Sequence record: SRR22947727_1880
Reading direction: 5' to 3' (one strand)
Length of the DNA: 63,298 bases
In this document: one piece after another, positions 29,663 to 40,422 of the stretch
Position numbering within the stretch: the stretch's first letter is position 1
Layout: every line of letters begins with the position of its first letter
Notes under the pieces: generated by a model
What the model was told of the DNA's origin: nothing
What the model saw: the letters and a program-made list of their open reading frames with translations, nothing else
Databases searched by the model: none
Translations under genes and position numbers: made by a program

Positions 29663-31335
29663 TCCCTCGGTAGGGAGATATCCACCACAAGGTAGCTCTC
29701 GCTGCTGGCAAGAGCCTCGGTGAGCTCGCCCATGGTGGACACTGCCCGGTAGCTCCAGCCATAGGCACTAGCCAAGGCAGACAAGTCCACCTCGTGGGGT
29801 GTGTACAGAGCCCGGTCAAAGTCAGCACTGGGTGCTGACTCTTTGACCTCCAGAGAATCAAAGATGGTCCCCCCGCCATCATTGGCGACAAACAGCTGAA
29901 CACGACCAGCCTCGGGGACTCCCGGCTCTCTCATCAGTGATCCAGCGTCATGCAGCAGTGCCAGGTCTCCCAACAACACTCGTGTGACACCCGTCACCCC
30001 TGCGTGAGCTGCCGCCTCTGCCACTCCCCTGGAGAAGGACACCGTCCCATCAATCCCGGAGAGTCCCCGGTTGGAATGGACGGTGATGTTCTTAGGCCCC
30101 ACCACCTGGTCCACCACCCGGACCATCCGGGATGCTCCGAGAACCAACCGGTCATGAGGCCAGGTCGCCTCCCACATCGCCAGAGCGAGAGCTTCCCTGG
30201 TGACTGGTCTGCGAAGCACAGCCATCTCCTGCTTCGCAAAAGCGCTCCTGCTCGCGGGGTCACTGGCACTCAAGGATTCAAGATCAGGTGCCTGCGGGAG
30301 GATCTGCTCCACCACCTCGGCATGACGCTCACGCCCCGCCATCACCCACGGCTTCACCCACAGCGCGGTTTCCTCTTTCGTTGCCGGCCGGGAGACAGCT
30401 ATCTCATCGACGATCACCGCTGATCCACTGGGGTTGGGAGCCTCCGCAGCGCTCCCCCTCGCCACATAGTGCTGACGTGACGTATCAGAGAGTAACGACC
30501 ACACTTCCCGAGACAGGGTGGGTCTGCCCCAGGTGATCACTCGCGTGATGTGGTCAGCATCCTCACTCACCATGTTCCGGTAGTCCAAGACAAGGTGAGG
30601 TCCACAGCGAGCTCCACTGACCGCTTCCGCGATCAAAGGAGCACCGATCTCGACTGCGAAGGCCTCCGCACCAGAACCCGCTCCGTGACCGGCGATTACG
30701 AGCGTATTCGGTTCTGGATCCAGCGTCACAGTGTTGTTGGCGCTGGATTCTTCGAGCGTCTGGGGTTTCGGGATGACCAGCTCGTCGGGGACAGTGCCAC
30801 TGAGTGGTTCGCGGAACCCCACATTGACATGGACGGGGTGTTTGTTACCGAGAGCCATGCGCATAACGTCACTGGCAACGCCTGCGACTCCCGCCAGGCT
30901 CGCCTTGTCAGGGGTGGGAACGGTGATGGTTGGCGCGAAGACCCCGAACAGCCCGTCCTGGGTCGTAGTTTGGTTCGCTCCGACCCCCCGCAGTTCTTCA
31001 GGGCGATCAGCGCTCACCACAATCAGGGGGATTCCCGCGTGGTGGGCTTCCATGACGGCGGGGAGATAGTGCCCAGGCGCTGATCCCGAGGTTGAGACAC
31101 ACATCGCTGGAGCTCCTGACTCCGCGGCAATACCGAGTGCCCGAAACGCGGCACTGCGCTCATCGATGACGACGTGGACTCGAAGCTCACCCTCGGTGGC
31201 GCGCTCCCACTCCAGGGCGGCAAGCGCCAGGGCTTGAGATCGAGCCCCCGGAGAGAGAACAACATCCCTCACACCCCAGGAGTAGAGCTCACCGAGGAAA
31301 GCTCTCGACCACAGGGTGGCCGGAGAGTGACTCAT
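29659..31335 (-). CDS. menD: SEPHCHC synthase
   Basis: SPGARS, DERSAAF, TSGSA, SADRP, GANQT, NRGLSGIDG, GDLALLHD, NDGGGTIF. Confidence 0.95.
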   Translation of the reverse strand: MSHSPATLWSRAFLGELYSWGVRDVVLSPGARSQALALAALEWERATEGELRVHVVIDERSAAFRALGIAAESGAPAMCVSTSGSAPGHYLPAVMEAHHAGIPLIVVSADRPEELRGVGANQTTTQDGLFGVFAPTITVPTPDKASLAGVAGVASDVMRMALGNKHPVHVNVGFREPLSGTVPDELVIPKPQTLEESSANNTVTLDPEPNTLVIAGHGAGSGAEAFAVEIGAPLIAEAVSGARCGPHLVLDYRNMVSEDADHITRVITWGRPTLSREVWSLLSDTSRQHYVARGSAAEAPNPSGSAVIVDEIAVSRPATKEETALWVKPWVMAGRERHAEVVEQILPQAPDLESLSASDPASRSAFAKQEMAVLRRPVTREALALAMWEATWPHDRLVLGASRMVRVVDQVVGPKNITVHSNRGLSGIDGTVSFSRGVAEAAAHAGVTGVTRVLLGDLALLHDAGSLMREPGVPEAGRVQLFVANDGGGTIFDSLEVKESAPSADFDRALYTPHEVDLSALASAYGWSYRAVSTMGELTEALASSESYLVVDISLPRD

Positions 31336-31709
31336 GAGGATTTCGGTGGGGTGTCCTGGTCGCCCTCGGTGTCCCCGCCAGGAGGGTTGTCTTCTTCATC
31401 GAGCTTCCGAAGCTCTTCTTCGAGGCGTCGAATGCGCTCATCCGAGGACTCGGTGTCGATGGAGCCGAGGAAACTGGGGTCATCATCGGGGGCGCGACCC
31501 ACCGTGCGCCACTTGGAGGGTCCTTTGCGGGCTTTACCAACTAGGAGCCACAGGGTGGGCCCGATGATGGGCAACGCCACCACGACGGCTATCCAGAGCG
31601 GCTTGGGGAACGCCCGAACCCTGGGGTTCTGGGTCATAAAGAGGTCCACGAGTGCATACACGGTGAAGGCCACTGCGGCGACCGACCCAATAACTATCCA
31701 GCGGACCAT
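31332..31709 (-). CDS. PLDc N-terminal domain membrane protein
   Basis: YALVD...KPLWIAVVVALPIIGPTLW and APDDDPSFL. Typical menD neighbour. TACAAT lies 7 nt before ATG. Confidence 0.8.
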   Translation of the reverse strand: MVRWIVIGSVAAVAFTVYALVDLFMTQNPRVRAFPKPLWIAVVVALPIIGPTLWLLVGKARKGPSKWRTVGRAPDDDPSFLGSIDTESSDERIRRLEEELRKLDEEDNPPGGDTEGDQDTPPKSS

Positions 31710-31740
31710 GTCCCCGATTGTACGCACCTAGACTGTGAGG

Positions 31741-32001
31741 GTGTCGCCCTGGATTCGCTACAGCCTCATACGCTTAGGACTCTTTGGGGCAACTTTCAGC
31801 CTTCTGATGGTGCTGAACATTGTCTGGTGGGCGTCAGCACTTTTTGCCACAGCTATCTCATTCACCGTGTCCTACATCTTCTTCTCCACGCTTCGCACCC
31901 AGGTGGCGGCTGATTTTGCTGAGCGAGTCAGCAAATCCAAGAACACCGATGAGGATTCCGCCATCGAAGATGGCGAGATCGACTCAGAGGGCAATCGCTA
32001 G
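31741..32001 (+). CDS. DUF4229 family small membrane protein
   Basis: YSLIRLGLF, two TM helices, SYIFF..LR and an acidic tail. Conserved position next to menA. Confidence 0.75.
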   Translation: MSPWIRYSLIRLGLFGATFSLLMVLNIVWWASALFATAISFTVSYIFFSTLRTQVAADFAERVSKSKNTDEDSAIEDGEIDSEGNR

Positions 32002-32853
32002 AGCGAGCCCCATTGCATAGAGCAGGGCGTTCATGGTCATCAGACCAAGAGCGGTGATGAGCTCTCGGGGAGTTTTCGCTACCACCACAATGACGATGAT
32101 CACCCCGGTGAGCACCGACGTGATGAATACCACCGGGGCAAAGAAGAACACCAGGGACAGGGCCGCAAGGATTAGGTAGGGCATCACCAGGAAGACAATC
32201 AGGATTCCGATTGCTGGCTTTCTCCCCACACGGACCGCGAGGGTGGTCTTTCCGGCCTGGGTGTCCTGCTCAATATCTCGGATGTTGTTCACCAGCAACA
32301 CAGCAGCGGCAAAGAACCCGGCAGCGCTCCCGGTCAGCCATGACTCCGCCGGGATCTCCCCGATCATGATGGCCGCTGTTCCGGTCGTGGCGACCAGGCC
32401 AAAGAACACAAACACGACTACTTCGCCAAGCCCGGCATAGCCATAGGGCTTGGGCCCTCCGGTATACAACCAGGCGGCGACCACGGCGAGTGCTCCCACC
32501 AGGGCAAACCACCACAGTCCACTCAGCACAATGATGAGCGCACCAGCGCCCAGTGCCACACCAAACGAGATGAACGCTGCTCGCTTGACTAGCTGCGCGT
32601 CCACAGCCCCGGACCCGGTCAAGCGGGCAGGGCCTACTCGAACGTCATCGGTTCCACGCACACCATCGGAGTAGTCATTGGCGTAGTTCACCCCAACCTG
32701 CAGTGACACTGCCACCAGCAGAGCGAGTACGAACAACAGTGCATCAAACGCTCCGGCCAGCACGGCGGACCCAGTCCCCAGCAACACAGGAGCCAGGGCT
32801 AAGGGCAGGGTGCGAAGCCTTGCCCCCTGAATCCACAACGCTGGTGATGTCAT
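31984..32853 (-). CDS. menA: DHNA polyprenyltransferase
   Basis: GARLRTLP, NYANDYSDGVRGTD, YTGGPKPYGY, NNIRDIEQD. Confidence 0.95.
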   Translation of the reverse strand: MTSPALWIQGARLRTLPLALAPVLLGTGSAVLAGAFDALLFVLALLVAVSLQVGVNYANDYSDGVRGTDDVRVGPARLTGSGAVDAQLVKRAAFISFGVALGAGALIIVLSGLWWFALVGALAVVAAWLYTGGPKPYGYAGLGEVVVFVFFGLVATTGTAAIMIGEIPAESWLTGSAAGFFAAAVLLVNNIRDIEQDTQAGKTTLAVRVGRKPAIGILIVFLVMPYLILAALSLVFFFAPVVFITSVLTGVIIVIVVVAKTPRELITALGLMTMNALLYAMGLALAIAL

Positions 32854-33995
32854 GGTCGCCCCGCCTTCACTCTCGCGGTGAGAGCCAAACGGTCGGGCTT
32901 CCCCGAAGGCAACAGCGGAATCTCGGACACCCTCACCACACGATCAGGTCTTGCCTCCGGGCCAAGAGCTGCGCCAACACCCAAGCGCAGTGCAGTCAGG
33001 TCAAGATCCTTCGTAGTGACGACCACGGGAACATGACCCCAGGTCTCGTGCTCACAGGCGACCACGATCGCATCGGGGGCGTGGAAATCACTCTGCACCC
33101 ACCGCTCAATGCGACCCAAGGCCACTTTCACTCCACCGGAAACGATGACGTCATCGAGTCGCCCCTGGATGGTGAGCACTCCGTCCTCATCGACCACACC
33201 CGCGTCATCGCTCAAATACCAGCGGGTTCCCTCACGCTCCACAAAGCTGCGAGACGTTCGCTCGGGGTCCTCAAGGTACGAATGCGCGAGGGTGGGACCC
33301 GCGATCGCAATCCGACCCTCAAACTCCGCAATCTGAGTGTCTCCGACAGCTCGTCCATCCCACACGCAACCGCCCGCCGTCTCCGAAGACCCATAGGTCC
33401 TGGTCACCCGATATCCAGCCGCAGCGGAGCGCTCCAGAAGACTCTCCGGGATGGCCTGGCCTCCCACCAAAATGCGCTCAAAGCTCTGCATCAGCTCATG
33501 CAGCTTTGTCATCGCAGGTGCATCATCGAGGATGCGCTGCAGTTGTGCAGGAACGACGGAGGTGTAGAGGGGGGTTCCAGCATTCAAAAGCTCCCGGGCT
33601 TTCGACGCCATCGCCACAGTCGAAAACGGTTCCGGGTGTAACACCACTGGGGTGGTCCCACTCACGAGAGAGCGAGCAATCACTTGAACTCCCGCGATGT
33701 AGTGGGCAGGGAGGAGAAGTAGCCAGGTTCCAGGCTGTCCCAACTCCTCCACCGCAGATCGTGCACTAGCCAGCACGGCCTCAGCACTCAGTGCGACTCG
33801 TTTAGGTGCCCCCGTGGTTCCACTGGTCTCGATGACGAGAGCAATCTCGCCCTCGACCTCTAGTGGTGCCGTGGCGGTGATCTTTGCGCCACCGGGTCGC
33901 GGCAACACGGCAGGGCCACCCTCGAAGAGTGCTTGCCGCAGTGGTTCCACTAAGGAGCGAGGGTCACTCACATCAACAACAAGAAGCTCACGCAT
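32850..33995 (-). CDS. menE: o-succinylbenzoate--CoA ligase
   Basis: TSGTTGAPK, YGSSET, GRLDDVIVSGGVKV, SGKPDR. Confidence 0.92.
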   Translation of the reverse strand: MRELLVVDVSDPRSLVEPLRQALFEGGPAVLPRPGGAKITATAPLEVEGEIALVIETSGTTGAPKRVALSAEAVLASARSAVEELGQPGTWLLLLPAHYIAGVQVIARSLVSGTTPVVLHPEPFSTVAMASKARELLNAGTPLYTSVVPAQLQRILDDAPAMTKLHELMQSFERILVGGQAIPESLLERSAAAGYRVTRTYGSSETAGGCVWDGRAVGDTQIAEFEGRIAIAGPTLAHSYLEDPERTSRSFVEREGTRWYLSDDAGVVDEDGVLTIQGRLDDVIVSGGVKVALGRIERWVQSDFHAPDAIVVACEHETWGHVPVVVTTKDLDLTALRLGVGAALGPEARPDRVVRVSEIPLLPSGKPDRLALTARVKAGRP

Positions 33996-34006
33996 GCGTG
34001 TGATCG

Positions 34007-34918
34007 CTAAATCTGCCAGGGAAAAGGTGACCAATCGGGCTGGCGTTTCTCCAGGAACGCATCCCTGCCCTCTACTGCCTCATCTGTTCCATAGGCGAGC
34101 CTGGTTGCCTCCCCGGCGAAAACCTGCTGGCCAACCAAACCATCGTCGGTCGCGTTCAGAGCGAACTTCACCATCCGAATAGCTGTGGGGCTCTTGGTGA
34201 GGATGGTCCGCGCCCACGACACGGCAGCTCGCTCCAGTTCCTCGTGGGGGACCACCGCGTTCACTGCACCCATCTCGAGCGCTCGGGGGGCGTCGTATTC
34301 CTGTCCGAGGAAGAACACTTCGCGAGCAAACTTCTGGCCGACCTGCTTGGCAAAGTAGGCGCTGCCGTAGCCACCATCAAAGGATCCGACATCGACATCG
34401 GTTTGCTTGAATCGTGCATGCTCGGCACTCGCGATGCTCAAGTCACACACCACATGCAGGGAGTGTCCGCCTCCGGCGGCCCACCCGGGGATAGCGGCAA
34501 TGACGACTTTGGGCATAAAACGAATCAGGCGCTGCACCTCGAGAATGTGGAGTCGACCGGCCCTGGCCTGGTCGACACCACTGGCATCCTCGGTGTTGGA
34601 GTACTGGTAGCCATCCTTGCCACGGATGCGCTGGTCACCGCCAGAGCAAAAAGCCCACCCACCATCGGTGGGGCTCGGGCCATTACCGGTGAGGATCACA
34701 GCTCCCAGAGTGGGCACGAGCCTCGCGTGATCCAGCACCCGGTAGAGCTCATCCACGGTGTGGGGGCGAAAAGCATTTCTGACCTCGGGGCGGTTGAAAG
34801 CAACCCGGGCCATGGAGTGAGCCTCGTCCTGGTGGTAGGTGACGTCGCTTAAGTCCTCAAAGCCTGGAACCACGCGCCACAGAGCCTCATCAAAGAGGGG
34901 AGAGAGAGTGCCAGACAT
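34007..34918 (-). CDS. menB: 1,4-dihydroxy-2-naphthoyl-CoA synthase
   Basis: NRPEVRNAFRP, AFCSGGDQR, GGGHSLHVVCD, VGSFDGGYG. Confidence 0.97.
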   Translation of the reverse strand: MSGTLSPLFDEALWRVVPGFEDLSDVTYHQDEAHSMARVAFNRPEVRNAFRPHTVDELYRVLDHARLVPTLGAVILTGNGPSPTDGGWAFCSGGDQRIRGKDGYQYSNTEDASGVDQARAGRLHILEVQRLIRFMPKVVIAAIPGWAAGGGHSLHVVCDLSIASAEHARFKQTDVDVGSFDGGYGSAYFAKQVGQKFAREVFFLGQEYDAPRALEMGAVNAVVPHEELERAAVSWARTILTKSPTAIRMVKFALNATDDGLVGQQVFAGEATRLAYGTDEAVEGRDAFLEKRQPDWSPFPWQI

Positions 34919-34960
34919 GTTCTAAGCCTACGACGGACAAAGCGTGGAAAACTGTGGAGC

Positions 34961-35950
34961 ATGAGCCACGTACAGAGAGATGACATCCTCCCGCTCGCTC
35001 ATGTGGTCTCGATTCCACTCAGCACCTCGTTTCGAGGCCTCAACCACCGGGAAGTTCTCCTGATTGAGGGGCCCCAGGGGCCCGCCGAGTGGAGTCCTTT
35101 TCTCGAGTATGACGACGCTGAGGCAGCAACCTGGTTGAGAGCGGCCCTCGAGCAAGCCTTTGAGCCATCCTCCCCAGCACCCTCCAGCGTTCGGGTCAAT
35201 GGGACCATCCCCGCTGTTGCTGCCGAGCAGGTCGCAGGTCTCCTCGCCTCGGCAGGAATGCCCACCACGGTGAAGGTCAAGGTGGGTGGCCCTGGCACCA
35301 CACTGGCCGACGATGTTGAGCGGGTCAGAGCGGTTCGCGATGCTCTTGGCCCGACCGGTCGTATTCGACTAGATGCCAATGGCTCCTTGACTCTGGATGA
35401 AGCAGAGCACGCCATCCGGGACATGGAACTGCTTGACCTTGACTATGTCGAGCAGCCCGTGAGCGATCTCTCCGACATGGCAGAGCTTCGCCGGCGCATC
35501 TCAAGGCTTGGCATTCAGGTGGCAGCGGATGAGAGCATCCGACGCTTTGCTGACATCGATACCGTCATCGCAGCAGAAGCGTGCGATGTCGTGGTCCTCA
35601 AAGTCCAGCCACTCGGAGGCTTAGAAGCAACCAAGCAGGTGGCACAGAAAGCCCTCCAGGCAGGCCTGGAGGTCGTGGTCTCCAGTGCACTGGAGACCAG
35701 CGTTGGTCTGTACCGGGGTGCTCAGATGGTCGGCTGGCTGGAAGAGCGGGGCTCGGTTCTTGATGCGGGGCTTGGGACTCAGAGCTTCCTGGCCGACGAT
35801 GTCGTCGGTGACCCTATGGGTGCTAGCGGTGGCATCCTCACCGTGACGCCACTGACGCTCGACCCAGAGAAGCTCTCAGCGCTGAGGGCAGATGATGAGC
35901 GCACCACCTGGTGGCACCAGCGCCTCGAGCGCTGCCTAGCCCTGCTGTAG
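34961..35950 (+). CDS. menC: o-succinylbenzoate synthase
   Basis: FRGLNHRE, EWSPF, KVKVG, DAN, EQP, AADES, VVSSALET. Confidence 0.93.
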   Translation: MSHVQRDDILPLAHVVSIPLSTSFRGLNHREVLLIEGPQGPAEWSPFLEYDDAEAATWLRAALEQAFEPSSPAPSSVRVNGTIPAVAAEQVAGLLASAGMPTTVKVKVGGPGTTLADDVERVRAVRDALGPTGRIRLDANGSLTLDEAEHAIRDMELLDLDYVEQPVSDLSDMAELRRRISRLGIQVAADESIRRFADIDTVIAAEACDVVVLKVQPLGGLEATKQVAQKALQAGLEVVVSSALETSVGLYRGAQMVGWLEERGSVLDAGLGTQSFLADDVVGDPMGASGGILTVTPLTLDPEKLSALRADDERTTWWHQRLERCLALL

Positions 35951-35959
35951 AGGCCGGCT

Positions 35960-36877
35960 TTAGAGGCCTGAGTATGAGTGCAGCCCGGTGAAGGCAATAT
36001 TCACCACGGTGTAGTTGAAGATGACGGCACCAAACCCAATGATCGCGAGCCACGCTGCGCGTGAGCCACGCCACCCGCGGGTGGCGCGAGCGTGAATATA
36101 TCCAGCAAAGAGAACCCAGATGATGAAGGTCCAGACCTCTTTGACATCCCAGCCCCAGTAGCGACCCCAAGCGCGCTCTGCCCAAATGGCACCAGCTATC
36201 AAGGTGAAGCTCCACAGCACAAAACCAACGACGTTGAGGCGATAAGCGAGGGACTCCATGACCGAGGACCCCGGCAGGGTGTTCATAATGCGCGCCTTCG
36301 CCATCTGTTGCGCTTCATAGCGGGCACGCACGAGCTGCAGGACGGAGAGCGCAGCTCCCAGGGCAAAGAACGCCGTGGCGGTGCTGGCCACAAAGACGTG
36401 GATGACCAGCCAGGCGGACTGCAGTGCAGGGGGAAGTGGTGTGACGTCAACATAGAAGTTGACGGTCACCACACCCAAGGCGAGGAGAACAAACCCGGTG
36501 ATGTAAGCGCCGAGATAGCCCAGGTCCTTCCAGAACAGTGTCCCCAAGAACACGGCGACTATCAGGAGTGTGGAGGTGAGCCCAAACTCGAACATGTTGG
36601 CCCAGGGAACTCTGTTGCCGGCAATGCCTCGCCCGATGGTGGCCAGCAGGTGGAGAATCCAGCCCAGGACGAGCAGGGTGAGGCCGATTCTTTGGAAAGG
36701 ACCCCAGGTGGAGGGTGCTGCGGGGGCTTCTGCTTCTCGCCCGCCGCCAGCCATAACAGCGACTGGCTGTGATGCAGAGCGACGGGCCAAATCCCAGGTG
36801 AAGGCAAAGAAAGCCACCGTGTAGACGGCCATCGCCGAATACACGCCAACAAGCGAGAGATACGCGAAATCCATCAT
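35960..36877 (-). CDS. ccsB: Cytochrome c biogenesis protein (System II, CcsB/ResC)
   Basis: PWANMFE, PALQSAWLVIH, GAIWA..AWGRYWGWDVKE, GLHSY. Confidence 0.95.
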   Translation of the reverse strand: MMDFAYLSLVGVYSAMAVYTVAFFAFTWDLARRSASQPVAVMAGGGREAEAPAAPSTWGPFQRIGLTLLVLGWILHLLATIGRGIAGNRVPWANMFEFGLTSTLLIVAVFLGTLFWKDLGYLGAYITGFVLLALGVVTVNFYVDVTPLPPALQSAWLVIHVFVASTATAFFALGAALSVLQLVRARYEAQQMAKARIMNTLPGSSVMESLAYRLNVVGFVLWSFTLIAGAIWAERAWGRYWGWDVKEVWTFIIWVLFAGYIHARATRGWRGSRAAWLAIIGFGAVIFNYTVVNIAFTGLHSYSGL

Positions 36878-38466
36878 TTCTCTTTCAGTCTAGATTTCGT
36901 GCTCTGAGAAAACGCCTCGACAAGATCGTCCAACCCTGTGGCGAGACCCGGGTCTTCCCCGCGGGCGAGTGCTGCGAACTCAACAGTTGACTCCCCTTTC
37001 CTGCTGGGGGTGATCTTGATCCAGGCTCGACGCCTGGTCACAAACAACGTCACGATCAAGCCCGCCATGATCAACATCGCCGAGATGGCCACCGGCAATT
37101 GGGTGGGGTCTCGGTGAACATCAAAACTCACAAACCGTCGAAGCTCCGTGAATTCCACGGACCCAAGCCCTGCGGGGAGATCAACACGCTCCCCCAACCC
37201 CATGACGAGCGAGTCCCGACCGGTCTCACCCCCGGTGAGTTGGGTCAAGGTGTCGGTGTCGAGCGAGTAGACATTGCGAGGAATTCCCTCATCCAGCCCC
37301 AAATCCCCGCGGAACACGTTCAACGTCAACACGGGTTGATCGGGTTCTGGGTAGACAGAAGTGAGGGCGCCCGTGTCGAGCGCAACCGCTGAGGGATAGA
37401 AGAACCCGATCATGCCCAGTTGAGAGGGCAGACCGTCGGGAATCTTCACCACGCCGAGGCTGGTCAGGTTGGAGTCCTGGGGAAGGAACGCCACCGGCTG
37501 GCTAAACACCACATCACCTTCTGGCGAGTAGACGGTAATCCAGGGGGCAAAACCATTACCGAGGAGATACACCGAGGTGCCATCGTGATCCAGCGGTTGG
37601 TTCACCCGGAGCTCCAGGTCTCTCGCTCCCTCAGCATCCCTCAAGGTCATGTCCGCCACAAAGTCCAGAGGGTTGGCAAAGCCCGAGGTGAAGTCGAACT
37701 GGTAGGTGGGGGTAAATGAATTGAGCGTCAAGGAGTAAGGCTCGAGTGAGGAGTCGGTAAAGAAACGACCGGGGTTGAACGAGTCGTAGCTGGTTAGCTG
37801 GTTCGTGAAGGTTTGCCCCTCCACCAACACCTTCTGGCCCTGGTATTTGAATCCCGTTCCGAGCGCCAAGCCCAGAAGGATTCCCACGAGAGCAAAGTGG
37901 AACACCAGGTTGGCGGTCTCTCTCAGGTACCCGCGCTCACCGGAGACGCTGTTCTTCTCCACCGTGACCCGGTATCCGCTTTTTCGGAGGGTGTCCTCCG
38001 CAGCACGCAAAAGTTCGTCAGGGCCGCCCTCCGCTTTCCCTGTGCGGTAGTGCTCAAAACGCTCTAACCTCGACGGGGTCGCCGGCGGCGGTGACTTAAG
38101 AGCTGCCAGGTGGTGCGAGGTGCGCGGCAGGATGCACCCCACCAGGGAGATAAAGAGCAGCAGATAGATCGAGGAGAACCAGACTGAGGTGAAGGTGTCA
38201 AAGAGCTGGAGTGTGTCAAGAATCTCGAAGAGTTCGGGGTCGTCCCTGCGGAATTGGACAACACCATTGGGGTCACTGGAGCGCTGGGGAACCAATGAGC
38301 CTGGGATCGACGCCAGTGCCAGCAGCAGCAACAAAATCAGCGCCGTGCGCATGCTGGTGAGCTGGCGCCACATAAACCGCCCAAAGCCTGCCAGCCCCAG
38401 GGCTGGCTGCTGGATGGGGCGCTCGGTCGAGCCGTCGTCGTAATCAGAGGGGCGTAGTGGTTCCAC
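36874..38466 (-). CDS. resB: Cytochrome c biogenesis protein ResB
   Basis: LTSMRTALILL..IPGS.VPQ, WFSSIYLLL..SLVGC, GYLRETANLVFH, VNQPL. Confidence 0.93.
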   Translation of the reverse strand: MEPLRPSDYDDGSTERPIQQPALGLAGFGRFMWRQLTSMRTALILLLLLALASIPGSLVPQRSSDPNGVVQFRRDDPELFEILDTLQLFDTFTSVWFSSIYLLLFISLVGCILPRTSHHLAALKSPPPATPSRLERFEHYRTGKAEGGPDELLRAAEDTLRKSGYRVTVEKNSVSGERGYLRETANLVFHFALVGILLGLALGTGFKYQGQKVLVEGQTFTNQLTSYDSFNPGRFFTDSSLEPYSLTLNSFTPTYQFDFTSGFANPLDFVADMTLRDAEGARDLELRVNQPLDHDGTSVYLLGNGFAPWITVYSPEGDVVFSQPVAFLPQDSNLTSLGVVKIPDGLPSQLGMIGFFYPSAVALDTGALTSVYPEPDQPVLTLNVFRGDLGLDEGIPRNVYSLDTDTLTQLTGGETGRDSLVMGLGERVDLPAGLGSVEFTELRRFVSFDVHRDPTQLPVAISAMLIMAGLIVTLFVTRRRAWIKITPSRKGESTVEFAALARGEDPGLATGLDDLVEAFSQSTKSRLKEK

Positions 38467-39190
38467 CGATCACCGCCTGCAGACTCGACATCCAGATTTG
38501 CCACACGCCAGAGACCATCGCTATTCCAATGGCCATCAGGATCACCCCGCCAGCAATGTTGATGGCACGGATGTGGCGCTTGAGCCACGCAACCGCTCCG
38601 GTGACCCAACCAAAGCCCAGCGCAATGAGGAGGAAGGGAATCCCGAGTCCCAGGCAATATGCCACGGCTAGTGCCGCTGCCCGAGGGATGTCCCCCACGC
38701 TAAAGGCGAGGGTGTTCACGGCAATCAGTGTTGGCCCGATGCAGGGAGCCCACCCGAGCCCAAACACCACACCCAGGATCGGTGCTCCTAGGAAACCGTT
38801 GGTGCTGGCGAGGGGGAGCTTGGTGGTTCTCTGCAAAAAGGACACCTGGCCGATAAAGACGAAACCCATCAGGATCAGCAGCAGACCGGCAATCCGAAGG
38901 ATGACATCCACCCAGGCAATGAGAGCTGCTCCGAGCGATGCGAACACAATCGAGAAACTGATGAAGACGGTGGAGAACCCGAGGATGAACAACAGCACCC
39001 CGACCACGAGGCGGGTGGTGGGTCGTGTCGTGGTGGTGGAGGAGCCGGTGAAACCGCTGACATATCCCAGATAACCCGGGACGAGCGGCAGTACGCAGGG
39101 GGAGGCAAAAGCCACAAACCCGGCAGCAAGCGCTATCGGCAAAGCCAGCAACAGCGGCCCGGAGAACACCAGCTCACCGATGGAGCTCAT
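38444..39190 (-). CDS. ccdA: Cytochrome c biogenesis CcdA
   Basis: SPCVLPLVPGY and WAPCIGP motifs. Confidence 0.95.
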   Translation of the reverse strand: MSSIGELVFSGPLLLALPIALAAGFVAFASPCVLPLVPGYLGYVSGFTGSSTTTTRPTTRLVVGVLLFILGFSTVFISFSIVFASLGAALIAWVDVILRIAGLLLILMGFVFIGQVSFLQRTTKLPLASTNGFLGAPILGVVFGLGWAPCIGPTLIAVNTLAFSVGDIPRAAALAVAYCLGLGIPFLLIALGFGWVTGAVAWLKRHIRAINIAGGVILMAIGIAMVSGVWQIWMSSLQAVIGGTTTPL

Positions 39191-39786
39191 GAGCCAGTGA
39201 CCTCGGCCTGAACATCCCGAATGAGTGCTGCCAGCACATCGGGTTCTGTGAGAAGGCCAGAAATCCTGGCGGCAACCCGCCCTTGCTGATCCAGCACCAC
39301 CGTGGTGGGCACCGCATTCGGTGCCACTTGGCCTGAGAAAGCTAAACGAACGGAGCCATCATTGGTGTCCATGATGGAGGGGTAGGTGACCCCAAACTCG
39401 TCGGCGAACGCGAGAGCGGTGGGGGCTTGATCGAGGATGTTCACCCCGATAAACACCACTGCTTCATCCAAGAATTCTTGGTGGAGCGCTTCCAGGTCAG
39501 GTGCTTCTAGGCGACAAGGCGGGCAGCCTGCATACCAAAAGTTGACGACCATAACCTGGCCCTCGTAATCATCACTAGAAAACGTTCCGCCCACATCCAG
39601 GGGGCCTTGGAAGGCGATGCCCTCGTCCCGTGACTCGGGTGCGACCACGGTGAGGGCACCATCACCCGAGATGTAGTTCTGGCCCGTCCCCGCGCGATAC
39701 TGCTCTGCGAGTGCATCACTTTCCGCAGCACACCCGCTCAAGACGAGACCGACAACCAGAAGGACCCCGCCAAAGGCTGCCTTCAT
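39187..39786 (-). CDS. TlpA/ResA thiol-disulfide reductase lipoprotein
   Basis: Lipobox LSGC and NFWYAGCPPCRLE. Confidence 0.92.
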   Translation of the reverse strand: MKAAFGGVLLVVGLVLSGCAAESDALAEQYRAGTGQNYISGDGALTVVAPESRDEGIAFQGPLDVGGTFSSDDYEGQVMVVNFWYAGCPPCRLEAPDLEALHQEFLDEAVVFIGVNILDQAPTALAFADEFGVTYPSIMDTNDGSVRLAFSGQVAPNAVPTTVVLDQQGRVAARISGLLTEPDVLAALIRDVQAEVTGS

Positions 39787-40422
39787 TTAGACGGCTCCCA
39801 AATCGATGGCGTCTTCCAGAAGGTCAGCGGCTGGTTCTCGGTAGCTTTCCTCTTTCCACCGCTCCCCGACCTTTTTAATGGTCGTGATGCTGGAGAGGGA
39901 ACAGCGTCGCTGGGAGGGCACATGGGGCAGAGGAATCCCTGCAACACTGCGGTGAAGAATCCAGATCGCCACCTGGTGGGTGACCAGCACGACCTCGCCC
40001 TCGTCGACTGAGTTCCAGGCATCCTCGGCAACCGCCATCATGCGCTGCGCAATCTCGCGGTACGGCTCGCCCCAGCTGGGCCTAAAGGGATTGTGCAGAG
40101 CCATCCAGGCGGATGGGTCCCGCAGCAGTCGTGCCGCGGAGAGCCTGGTTCCCTGGAAATGATTCAGCCCTTCATTGAGGCGCTCATCGATTTCGACGGG
40201 CAACCCCAATTCGTTCGCGAGCGGGGCCGCAGATTCCTGAGCTCTCTGGAGCGGGCTGGCATAAATCTTCGCAATGGGTCTGGTGGCGAGAGCACTGGCG
40301 CTCCTGGCCGCCATCTGGTGGCCTCGATCACTGAGTCCATAACCCTCTAGGCGTCCATACAAAATGCGCTCGGGGTTATGAACTTCGCCATGCCTGACAA
40401 AGTGAAGGAAGTCTGCTGGCAC
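39787..40422 (-). CDS. Histidine phosphatase family protein
   Basis: RHGEVHNP, SPLQRAQE and VTHQ. First gene of the cytochrome c biogenesis operon. Confidence 0.9.
   Translation of the reverse strand: MPADFLHFVRHGEVHNPERILYGRLEGYGLSDRGHQMAARSASALATRPIAKIYASPLQRAQESAAPLANELGLPVEIDERLNEGLNHFQGTRLSAARLLRDPSAWMALHNPFRPSWGEPYREIAQRMMAVAEDAWNSVDEGEVVLVTHQVAIWILHRSVAGIPLPHVPSQRRCSLSSITTIKKVGERWKEESYREPAADLLEDAIDLGAV

Noticed and set aside
26439-35950. menH/menI missing from the menaquinone cluster
   Set aside because: These genes are commonly unlinked or unidentified in Actinobacteria, so this is not informative from one window.
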